From NCBI GenBank assembly GCA_023150835.1, contig JAKLKB010000006.1, forward strand, positions 1-64,000: a stretch of 64,000 bases of DNA. Direction: 5' to 3'. This DNA is from Myxococcota bacterium (GTDB lineage: Bacteria; Myxococcota_C; UBA6777). Both the position numbers and the translations under genes were made by a program. A model generated the notes under the pieces. That model saw only the letters and a program-made list of their open reading frames with translations, ran no database searches and was not told the DNA's origin. This document shows positions 38,829-50,000 of the stretch, piece after piece (position 1 is the stretch's first letter; each line of letters begins with the position of its first letter).

Positions 38829-40871
38829 CTAGGATTTGTTGAGGAGGGAATGGATCTCGGAGAAGAAGGATTTGAATTTTTTGTCGCGCTCTTCTTCGGA
38901 TTGGGCTTGTCGTTGTTGTTCGGCTTGGAGGAAGAAGGTGAGTTCTTTGGGGATATCGGCGAGGAAGCGGGAGGGATCGCGTTCGAGATTTCGTCCGAAG
39001 CGTCGTCGTTCGAGAGCGCGGAAGATGTAGAGTCGTTGTTTGGCGCGGGTGATGCCGACATAACAGAGTCGTCGTTCTTCTTCGACGTCGGGTTCTTCGC
39101 CTTGTCGGTAAAAGGGCAAGAAGCCGTCTTCCATGCCGACGAGGAAGACGACGGGGTATTCGAGGCCTTTGGCTCCGTGTAGGGTGATCAAGGTGACGTG
39201 ATCTTTTTCGGTTTCGCGATCATCGTCTTCGCTGTGGGAGTCGAGGGAGATGCGTTCGAGGTAGTCATCGAGGGAGGGGTGATCGACGCGGCGTTCGTAT
39301 TGTTCGATGGCGTTGATGAGGGAGGAAAGGTTGTCGATACGGGATTTGGCTTCGTTGGGATTTTTGTATTCGCGGTGAAGGTGTTGGAAGAGGCGGAGTT
39401 CTTGGAGAAGTTCGAGGGTAAGGGTGGAGAGTTTGGTGCGTTGTGCGCGGAGGCGGAAGAGGTCGAAGAGTTGGAGAAGATCGAGGATGGCCTTGCGTGC
39501 GGAGGGTGTGAGGGTTTCGATCTGTTCGGCGTGTTCGCAGGCTTGGTAGAAGGAGTTGAAGCGGCCATCGCGGAGTGTTTCGGAGAGGTGGTCGATGGTG
39601 GTGTTGCCGATGGAACGGGGTGGGTAGTTGATAATGCGTCGGAGAGAGATCTCGTCAGAGGGGAGGTGGAGGACTTTGAGGTAAGCGAGGGTGTCTTTGA
39701 TCTCTTTGCGCTCGAAGAAGGTTTGTCCGCCGACGAGTTTGTAGGGGATGCGTTCTTGACGGAGGGCTTCTTCAAAGGCTTGGGACTGTGCGTTGGTGCG
39801 GTAGAGGATGGCAAAGTCGCGCCAAGGTCGTTTTTCAGCGTGTTTGATCTCGAAGAGTTGTTCGACGGTGTAGCGGGCTTCTTTTTCTTCGTCGGGTAGG
39901 GTGGCGAGTCCGATGCGAGGGCCGGGGAGGGCATCGGTCCAGAGGGATTTGTCGTAGCGGTTTTGGTTTTTGGCGATGACTTTGTTGGCGGCGTCGAGGA
40001 TGTGGGCGGAGCAGCGGTAGTTTTGGGTGAGCATGATGGTGCGAGCGCCCGGGAATTGTTTGTCAAAGTGGAGGATATTGCTGACATCGGAGCCACGCCA
40101 TCCGTAGATAGATTGGTCATCATCGCCGACGACGCAGAGGTTTTTGTGGACAGAGGCGAGGCAGTCGACCATGAGGAGTTGTGCGCGGTTGGTGTCTTGG
40201 TATTCGTCGATCATGATCTGTTGGAAGCGGTTGGACCATGTGTGTAGGGCGTCGGGGAAGGAGCGAAAGATCTTGACGGGGAGTCGGATCAGGTCATCAA
40301 AGTCGACGGCCCCACAAACGCGCAGGGCGTCTTCGTAGAGGGAGTAGGCTTTTTTGAGGACCATGATGTTTGGGTAGAGGGCGTGGTGGGTAGTGTGGAC
40401 GAGGTCGTTGGGATCGAGGAAAAGGTTTTTGGCTTGGGAGATGGCGGCGAGAAGATCTTTGGGGGGGTGGAAGGCTTCGTCGATGCGGTTTTCGCTCATG
40501 ACACGGCGCAAGATGGCGAGTTGATCGCTGGGATCGTAGATGGTGAAGCGTTGGGGATAATGGAGACGAGAGAGTTCTTTGCGGAGGATCTTGACGCCGA
40601 GGGAGTGGAAGGTGCTGAGGGTGAGTTTTTTGACGAGGGTGGGATCTTTGATCATGGAGGAGACGCGTTCTTCCATTTCGCGGACGGCGCGGTTGGTAAA
40701 GCTGACGGCGAGGATGGCCTCGGCGGGATGGCCTTGGGCGAGAAGATGGGCGATGCGATGGACGATGACACGGGTTTTTCCGCTGCCAGCGCCTGCGAGG
40801 ATCAGCAAAGGGCCGTGCGTGTGCAAGACAGCGTCGCGTTGTTCGGGGTTAAGGTGAGCGACCGAAACCAT
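38829..40871 (-). CDS. UvrD/Rep/PcrA family SF1 DNA helicase
   Basis: LILAGAGSGKT, FTNRA, TFHS, DEYQD, GDDDQSIYGWRG, QNYR, TLHGAKGLE, EERRLCYVGITRA. Confidence 0.95.
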   Translation of the reverse strand: MVSVAHLNPEQRDAVLHTHGPLLILAGAGSGKTRVIVHRIAHLLAQGHPAEAILAVSFTNRAVREMEERVSSMIKDPTLVKKLTLSTFHSLGVKILRKELSRLHYPQRFTIYDPSDQLAILRRVMSENRIDEAFHPPKDLLAAISQAKNLFLDPNDLVHTTHHALYPNIMVLKKAYSLYEDALRVCGAVDFDDLIRLPVKIFRSFPDALHTWSNRFQQIMIDEYQDTNRAQLLMVDCLASVHKNLCVVGDDDQSIYGWRGSDVSNILHFDKQFPGARTIMLTQNYRCSAHILDAANKVIAKNQNRYDKSLWTDALPGPRIGLATLPDEEKEARYTVEQLFEIKHAEKRPWRDFAILYRTNAQSQAFEEALRQERIPYKLVGGQTFFERKEIKDTLAYLKVLHLPSDEISLRRIINYPPRSIGNTTIDHLSETLRDGRFNSFYQACEHAEQIETLTPSARKAILDLLQLFDLFRLRAQRTKLSTLTLELLQELRLFQHLHREYKNPNEAKSRIDNLSSLINAIEQYERRVDHPSLDDYLERISLDSHSEDDDRETEKDHVTLITLHGAKGLEYPVVFLVGMEDGFLPFYRQGEEPDVEEERRLCYVGITRAKQRLYIFRALERRRFGRNLERDPSRFLADIPKELTFFLQAEQQRQAQSEEERDKKFKSFFSEIHSLLNKS

Positions 40872-41091
40872 GGTAGGGAACCTCCGAGCCAAAAAAGCAA
40901 CTCAAAAAGAGCAGGCATGATGCGGCTGCGCAAATGTTCGGTCAAGGGGCAAGGAGGGTGGGGCTGGCCTTGTGTTTGAAGGGGTGCCGATCCAAACTAG
41001 CGTGTTGTTGGATGATAGGAACGATCGATACGGGAGAGATGGAATGGTCCGCACAAGAAGACGAGAACAGCAAGGGAAGGGGGATAGGAAG

Positions 41092-44000
41092 ATGCTTCGA
41101 GGGTGGAGTGTAGGGATATGGGGGTTGGTGGGATGGTTGTTGTGCGGCGTGGCGTGGGGGCAAGAAGAGGATTGGAAGTTGCGGGATCGGGATCGGCGGC
41201 AGAAACAGATCTTGAGGCGTTTTCAAGAGATCGTGGAGAAGAAGCCTGATCGGGGTTTTGCGTTTCAGCGGATGGTGGAGGTGGGTCGTCGTTGGCCGGG
41301 GCTGGATCGTTTGGTGGCGGAGTATCGGAAGAAAGTGAAGGCATCGCCGCGTCGGTTGGCGTATTCGTTGATCTTGGGGCATTTGTTGGATCACACGGGG
41401 CAGCGGGAAGGTGCGTTGCGTGCGTACGAGCAGGCGTTGCGGCTGGATCCGCAAAATGCGATGGCGTTGCAGTACAAAGCGGCGATCTTACAGAAGTTGC
41501 AACGTTATGAGGAAGCGATCAAGGCGTATGAGACAGCGTTGGGTGTGTTTAAGGACGCGGAGAGGAAGCGGCGAGCGTACAAGGCATTGGGGACGTTGTG
41601 GTTGTTGAGGAAGCAGCCGAAGAAAGCGTTGGGGTATTGGAAGCAATTTTTGCAGATGAGTCCGAACAACTTGTTGGCGCGGGAAGAGTTGGCGCGGGAG
41701 ATGGGGCGGAACAAGTTGTACGAAGAGGCGTTGTTGCAGTGGAAGGAGGTGTTAAAGCGCCGAGGGGGAGGAGTGGCGCGAGCGGGGGTGTTGCGGCAGA
41801 TGGGGGGATTGTACGAAGAGATGGGGAAGTGGCCAGAGGCGGTGGGGGTGTATCGTCAAGCGATGGTGTTGACGCAAGAGAGTCATTGGTTGAGGAGAGA
41901 GTTGAGTGCGCGGGTGTTGCAGTTGCATCGGGAGAATGGGAAGTTGGCGGAGCTTGCGGGGTACTTGCAGCAGCAGAAGCGCAAGTCGGCATCGGACTTG
42001 TCGGCGTTGGCGCAGTTGTATGACGAGATGGGGAGGGACAAGGAAGCGCGGGAGATGTATGCGAAGGCATTGTTGGCGAACTCACGGGATTCGCGGTTGC
42101 GTTTGCGGTACATCACGTTGTTGGAGGTGGGAGGAGATGTGGCGGAGGGGGTGAAGCAGTATCGGTTGTTGATCCGCAATGAGTCGTCGGAGCCGCGTTA
42201 TCGGATGGCGTTTGCGGAGATGTTATCAAGGGCGGGTAAGCAGAAGGAATCGTTGGCGGAGATGGCGGAGGTGGCGCGGAGATTTTCGCGCAATACGGAG
42301 ATCTTGTCGCGGTTGGCGGCGCTGTATCGGCGGCGTCGGATGCACAAAGAGGCGAACGCGTTGTTGCGGCGTTTGATTGCGGTGGATCCGAGGGATCCGG
42401 CGCATCGCAATGCGTTGGGGACGTATCATTTTGAGTTGGGACAAAAAGGACAAGCGCAGACGATCTGGAGGGGGATCTTGCGCAGTGGTTTGGGTACAGC
42501 GGCGGCGTATACGGCATTGGGGCAGATCTATCGGAGCCACAATCTGGATCGGGATGCGTTGGAGGCGTTTCGGAAGGCAGCGCGTGCGGCTGCGAAAGAT
42601 CCGAATGTGTTGCGCAATTTGGGAGAGATGTTTCGTCGTTTGTTGGAGGAGGAGGGGGATCTCAAGGCGAAGGAACTGCAAGAAGCGATCGAGGTGTGGA
42701 AAAAGATTCATTTGTTGGCGAAGCTGCGTCCCGCGAAAAAAGAGGCGTTGCGGCAATTGTTTGCGTTGTATCATGCGCAAGGGACGTCGTATCGGCTGCC
42801 TGTGGAGTATCGACAACGGCTGCGCAAACGCCCAAGCGATATAGAAGCGTTGCGGCTTTTGGGGGAATATTATTTGTGGTTGGCACGCAAGGAGCGGCGG
42901 GATCATGCGCAGGCGCGGCGTTATTTTGAGCGGATCTTGGATTTTCAAAAAGATGATATCGATGCGATCTTGACGTTGGAAGATCTGGAGGCGCGTCAGA
43001 GCCGATGGTATCTGGCGAAGCGTTATTTGTTGCGAGCGGTGGAAGTGGATAAGAAGGGGAGGAGGACGTATTATCGGCGTTTGTATGAGTACAGCTTGAA
43101 GCTGCGTCAGTACCAAGACGCGATCCAGTATGCGCGTCGGGTGGTCGAGTTGTATCCAGACGATGCGACGGCCCATGCGGAGTTGGCGCGGGTGTATCGA
43201 AAGGTGGGACGGGCGCAAGAGGCGGTGGGAGCGTACCAAGAGGCGTTGCGCTTGCAGCCACACAATCATGGATACCATCAAACGCTCGGGCATTTGTATC
43301 GCGATATGGGGCAAACGGACCAAGCGATCGAGCGTTACAACTTTGTGTTGAAGCACGCGAAAGAAGGGAACCTGATCTACGATGCGGCCATGCAGATCAT
43401 GGGATTGCGCACGTTGGCCCCAAAGAACGATGTGTTGGAAGTGACGTTGCAGACGCTGTCTGAGCAGAATCCAAGGGAGCTTGCGTACTTTCGGGCGTTA
43501 GCGGAGTTGTACCAGCGGCAGGGGCGGATGAAAGAATACCGCGTGGCGTATTTGAAGGCGGCGTCGTCGGTGGATGACAAGTCGCAGGTGTACAAGAAGT
43601 TGGCGGAAGCAGCGACGGAACAGGGCGATTTGAAGAAGGCGATCATCTATTACCGCAAGATGCTTGAAGAGACGCCGAACCCGCAGCCCGATCAACAGAT
43701 GCACTTGGCGCGGTTGTCTTTTCAGGTGGGTGATCAAGTTGGGGCGCGCAAGCTGCTGTTCTCGATCTTGACGGAGAATCCGAACTCTGCGCGGATCTTG
43801 CGCCAAGTTGGAGAGCTGTTCGATCGCCATCAGTTGGCGGAGGACGCGATCTATAGCTACGAGTTGTTTTTGGAGCTGCAGCCGATGGAGTCGGCGGTAC
43901 GAGTGCGGCTGGCGGAGCTTTATTTGCAGAAGCAGATGAACGAGCCCGCGATGGGCTTGTTGGAGTCGGTGTTTTGGCAAGAAGAAGAAAAAGCGTTACG

Positions 44001-47000
44001 CAGCGTGGCGAAGAAGACGAGCAAACCCAAAAAAGCCAATTCTCCGACACCATCGAGGGCGTATGGTCGGTCGATACGTCATCGTCCGATACATCTGTCC
44101 TCGTCTTATTATGCGCGTCGGATGCGTTATATGCGGCTGTATCAGTCGAGGCCGCAACGGATACAGGCGTTGGGCTTGTTGTTGGAGTTGTACGCGAAGG
44201 CGGGTAAGTTGGAGGAGTGGGATCGTCGGGTGGAGCTGCATTTGCGGTATGGATGGCAGGACACCGGAACGTTTCTGCGTTATGAGCAGACGATGTTGTT
44301 GGAGTTTTTGGCTGCGGCGTATCGAGAGCGCGGTTGGGACGAGCGTTTGCGCAAGATGTATGAGGTGATGCACGAAGCGGATCCGCAAAATGCGCGATGG
44401 TCGCAAGAGTTGGCAAAGCTGTATATTGATCAGGGGTTGCATGAAAAGGCAAAAGCGCTGATGTTTGGGATCCATCGGGGAGGGGTTCAAGATATCCAGA
44501 TGATGTTGGCGCGGGTGCGATTGTTGGTGCAGTTGCGAGAAGAAGAGCAATTGACGTTTCAGTTGCGAAGCTTGTTGTACGGGAGTTATACGCGAAACCA
44601 CCACTATATGCTGCAAGTGTTGCAGGAGTTGCGAAAACTACCGAACACACGGTTGTATGAGATGTTTTTGCGGGGCTTGTTGCAGACGGGGGTTGCGTAT
44701 TATCGGGAGGCGTACCAGCAGATGTTGGTAAGCGTCTATTTGCAATCGGGAAAACAAGATCTTGCGCAAAAGATGTTGATGGCGCGATGGAAGGGGGGGT
44801 TGTCACGTGCGCCGCTCAAGCAGATGGAGACGGATCGGTTGGGGACAGCGCGTTTGTTGTGGCCGTTGTTGTCGTCGAAAGAGCAAGAAAAGCTGTTGCA
44901 GGATGCGGAACAAGGGGTGACGGATGCTTTGTTGGGTGGAGATCCAGAGAAGATTCGGCAGGCTTTGGTGACGGCGCGAGCAGCGGTGTGGGTGGGGCGG
45001 GGTCAGGATGCGGCGCAAGCCTATCTTCCGGCGATGTGGAGTGTGGGGACCAAGTACCAAGACGGCCCATTTTTGCGGGGCGTGTTGTCCGATCTGTTGC
45101 GGGAACGGCAGGATATCCACGCGCTGAAGTTGATCAAGCAAGAGATGGCGGAACAGACGACGCCGCATACAGAGATGGGGTATCTGTACAGCGTGTTGAC
45201 GCATTTGTCTTCGAGGGGGGGGACGCCAGAGGCGAGTTTGGGGCGATATCTGGAGAAGGCATTGCGGCGTTTGCACCCGAGAAGTCGGAGGCCAAGCGTG
45301 ATCAGGCGTGGGGCTGTGGCGATCAACTCGATGTTAGAGAAGAGGGCATGGTTGGCGTTGGCGTTGCGATTGGGAGAGGTGTATTTGAAGGGGGGCGATC
45401 CGAAGCGGGGGATCTGGTGGTTGGAGGCTTGTCGTTGGTTGGACAGCGAGCAGGCACAAGAACCCGCGTTGTTGAATCTGCTGTACGAGGCATACCAAGA
45501 ACAGGGGATGAACGAAACGGCGGCGCGTTATCGGGAGAAGACGCGCCAAGCGATCGGCGAGATCTTGTTGCGGGATCTGAAGGGGTGGGAGCTGTATTTG
45601 GGGCTAGGTGCGGAGCGGGACAAGGCGCTATTTTCGCATATTTGGTTGTATCTACGGAATTCTCCGACGATGTACACGGCACGTTATCAGTTACAGCGCC
45701 CAAGTCAGATGTTGCGTTATCAGATCCAAGGGATTCAACGGATGTCGTTGTTGGAGAGTTACAAGGTGCGGATCGCGCCGTTGGCTGCGTTGTACAGCCC
45801 GTCAGGTGAGATCCAAAAGCTGGTGGATTTGCTCAAGGCACGCCGAGAGCGGGTGGTGGATGGCGAAACGAAGCGGATGTTGTCGTTGTATGTGATGGGT
45901 GCGTATCTGTGGGATTGGGAGACGCGTTCGACACCGAGTTCATTGAAGGAGTTGTTGGCGAGGATGGATGGGCTGCGCAAGATGCCGCACAGTCCGCAAG
46001 AACGATTTCATTTGGGATTGTGGCATGGGAGGTTGTTGGGTGAGATGCAACAGCCGAAGCAGGCGCTTGCGGTGTATCGTGAGTTGTTGACGGGCGCGTC
46101 GCCAGCCCAAGAGCGGCAGGTGTTGTTGCAGATCGCGGAACATGCGAACCAAGCCTCGGAGGAAGACCAAGAGAAAGCTGCGCATGTGCAGCTTGCGCGC
46201 AAGCACAACGAGCCGAATTCGTATCGTGTGCTTGCACAAAAGGCGTTGGAGGCGAAGCAGATCGGGGAGGCGGTGCGGTATTTTCGGGGGTATATGAAGG
46301 GGCATTTGACGTTGCCGCAGTATCGGAGCTTATCGGGCCACTTGAAGAAGGCGGAACAAGAGATCCAGCTCGCGCAATTTTTGTTGGGTGTGGATACGGG
46401 CGATCGCGTGGTGTTTCATTTGTTGCGGGCGATCGATGCGATGCGTTTGGAACGAAACCGCGAGAGCTACTTGTTTTCGATGCGGATGCAGCAGACTTTG
46501 CGCACACTTCAACAAGCGGGGCGGCTTGAGCAGCAAGTGGAGGCGTGGGAAAAGACGCGCAAAGAGACGCAAGTGGATGATCCATACCAGATGATGTTGT
46601 TGTCGCAGGCGTACGGATACTTGGGGAAAAAACAGAAGCGTTTTGAGGTGTTGACAGCATGGCTGTATGTGCAACCGTATGAGCAAGCGCTGTTTCGGCG
46701 TTGGAAGGTGTCGTTTGAGCACGATGCTTTGGAGGGAGAGCAGCAAAAGATATTGGAACGACTGCGCGTTTTGTATGCGCCACCCAAGCCCAAGCCGGGG
46801 GGATACGATCTATTTTTTGGGGATATCGCTTTTCGCAAAAAGCGGCCAGCCGAGGCGTTGGTGTCGTGGAAGTTGGCAGCGAAAGAGTGTTCGAGTACGG
46901 CGGCTTTGTTTTCTGCGGCTGCTTCGCCGTATCGCAGGAATACGTTTTATGCGCGGTCTGCATGTGTCCAACGGGTCTGCCAGTCGATGTTGAAGGCGGG

Positions 47001-50000
47001 ATTGACGGACGAAGCCTTGCAGGCGGCGAAGGATCTGTTGAAGAAGGAGTCGAGCCATTACACGCGTCGGTCGGGGGTTTTGAATTTTGCGCGAGTGTTT
47101 TTGGCGGAAAAAGGATACCGTGCAGTCGTGGCGTTGGGGGAATTGTTGGGGATGAGATCGAGGTCGTCGGGCGGGTCGGGTTTGATGACGCTGGACAACG
47201 TTCAACTCGAATGGATGGGGCATTTGGCGCAAGCGCAAAAGGGTCTAGGCCAAGAGAAGGAACGTGTAGAGAGTCTGTTTGAGATCATGAGTGCCAAGAT
47301 GGTTTCGCCGTACCAGACGAGGAGGCAGGCGGATATCTTGAAAGATGCGGGGATGTGGGTTGCAGCGGAGTATGTGCTGTGGCGTGCGCAACAGTCGGCG
47401 ACGGCATCGATGTTGGTGCAATTTCGGATGCAGCTTTGTGATATCTGGCAACGCCAAGGGGTGGGAGCGTTGTGTGGTTTGGATCAAGGTCGGGAGGGTG
47501 TTTTGGACGAGGGGCTGTTGGCGTTGCGGGCGGAAAAAGCGGGGCTATTGTTTATTGCGATGCTGCTGCGTCGGCGAGCGTGGTTGCGGATGCCTCGGCA
47601 GTTGGAGGCGTTGGATCAATTTTTGAAGCTGTCTTTGGCGTTGGGGCGAAAAGAAGAGAGTGCGTTTTTGCAGCGTATTCGGGCGCGTTGGTTTGTGGGG
47701 CAGCCGCCGTTGGGTGCTGTGGCGGAGAAAGCAAGGGAGAGTTCGGCAGGGTGGGAGTTACAGGTTCCTGCGTATTGCAAGACGATGAGTGTGCAAAAGG
47801 GGCGGTTGGATACTTCGGACTGTACGGGGAAATGGTCGACGATGGAATCTTCGGGTAGCTTGCGTTGCCAGCGTCGAGTGGTGAGGGCGGGAAGATGGGT
47901 GTTGACGAATGATTGCCGTGGTCGATTGGTGGCGGTGGAGGCGGATGGGGGGAAGGTTGCGTGGGTCAAGCAGTTGGTGCAAGTGAAGACACGGGAGGTT
48001 GTAGAACGAGCCCAAGCCATGCATCGATCGGAGGTGATGTGGCTGGATCGGCATCTGAATGTTGCGGACATTCGGGTGGATGGAGAGGATGTATGGGTGG
48101 CGATCAACGAGGCTTGGTTTGAATGGGGTAATGGCTGGGTTTCGGGCATTCAGCATCGACTGCATCTGCTGCGGGTGCGACAAAAAGATGGCGCGATCCA
48201 AGCATCCAAGGTGTTTGCGGGTAATTATGTGCGGGGCCGAGTGCATCTGGAGGGGGAGCGGTTGTTGTTTCGGGGGCGTCGCCTGTATGCGTTGTCTCGT
48301 CGAGATGCGACGGTGTTGTGGGAGAGCGGAGCGCTTGGAACTCGCGGGACTTGGTTGTTGGATATGGGATCGTCGTTGCCGTTGGTGGTGTCGGGAGGAT
48401 ACGTTTTTGGAGAGAGCGACGGCTTTGTTCGTGCGTTGCGGTTGTCGGATGGTGGGGTGTTGTGGTCGCAACGCTTGCATCAAGGGGTTCGTGCGTTGGA
48501 TGCGGATGCTTCGCATCTTGTGGTGGTTTTGGTGGACGGCTCGTTGTGGTCGATGGAGGCAAAGACAGGGAAATTACGGTGGAAGGCTTGGTTGCGTAGC
48601 GGGCATCGGCGTTATGTGCATGTCTGGTGGGCGGGGTTTGAGTTGCCTTTTCGTGAGGGGGAACACGCTTTGCTGACGAAGGCGGGCGTGTTGGCGTCGA
48701 CGTCGGATGGTTGGTTGGCGTTGTTTGATCAGCAGACAGGAAAGCCGCGTTGGGAGCGAGAGGTGGGCGAGATCGTGTGGCATGCGCCCCGTCCGTTGGG
48801 GGATGGTGAAGAGGTGCTGTTGTTGGGGCAGATGGGGACAGCGAGTCGCTTGCGGTTGTCGGATGGAGCGCTGTTGTGGAAAGGCCGATTTTCGCAAATG
48901 CCGCAGCGTGGGTGGTTGAACAAGTTTCATCATAGCCAAGCGATCGCGATGGGGCGTGGTTTGCTGTTTGGAGCGTACCAAGAAGATCATCGCTTTGTGT
49001 TGCGTACGCGATCGTTTGTCGCAGCGACAAGCTCGGATTCATCGAAGGAAAAGGTGTTGTCTTTTGTTCGACAGTTGCGTGCGGAGGGGCGTTCGGTTTG
49101 GGCAGACAGGATCTTGTCGTACGCGGCGGATGCAGAGCGCGGGGAGGACCAAGTGTATTTCTCGGCGCTTTCGGCGTCGGGGCATCTGAGCAAGATCCAG
49201 CGCTTGCGTTGGATCACGGCGAAACTGCGGTACGCATCCGATCTGCGGGGAGCTTTGCTGGAGATGGAGCCGATGCTTCGTACGTTGGGGGTGTTGAAGC
49301 CGCCCGCTTATTTTGCGGCTTACGACAAACAAGCGGTGAAGGACTACGCGACGCAATTTTTGTTGTATTACTGGCTGCATCGCAAACGTTCGGGTGATTC
49401 GATGGAGACGTGGTGGCAGTTGGTTCGTTCGTCGTATCGGGTGTTGCAGTTGGATTCGCCGTTTGCGCGGCGGGTGATGGCGTTGTTGTTAACGGAGGGG
49501 ACGCCGGTGGTGCGTTGGTGGGCAGCGGCGACGTTGGCGGCGTGGGGGAGCAGTGCGGGGCATCGCGTGTTGTTGCAGGGGCTTGCGAAACGAGGCGAGT
49601 ATCGGGCGGTGGTGTTGAGTACGCTTCAACAAGACTGGGTGATGCGGATCTTGGTGCATTGGTCGTATGCGCTGCGTTGGGAAGGGTTGTTGGGGCGTCG
49701 TGATCTTGCGGATGCGGAGGTGTTGTTGAGGTCGTATCATCCGTTGGTACGGAACCTGTCGGCGTTGTTTATTGCGGATCATCTGAGCAAAGAACGCCCC
49801 GAAGATCAGCGTTTTGATACGCCGCTGTTGCGTGCGACGTTGCGCCGGATCTTGAACGATCGCGGTGTTGCGGTTCAAACAACGAGCGAAGCGCAGACAT
49901 GGCGGATGCAGGCTGCGATCGCGATGGCGCGATTGGGAGAGCGCGTAGGGATCGAGGGTTTGCGCCTTTTGGTGCGGCAAAGCAACAACGCGACGTTGCG

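Noticed and set aside
34156-40871. HEAT-LRR-helicase defence system
   Set aside because: The helicase is an ordinary UvrD/Rep type on the opposite strand, and no NTPase or effector domain was seen in the repeat proteins.
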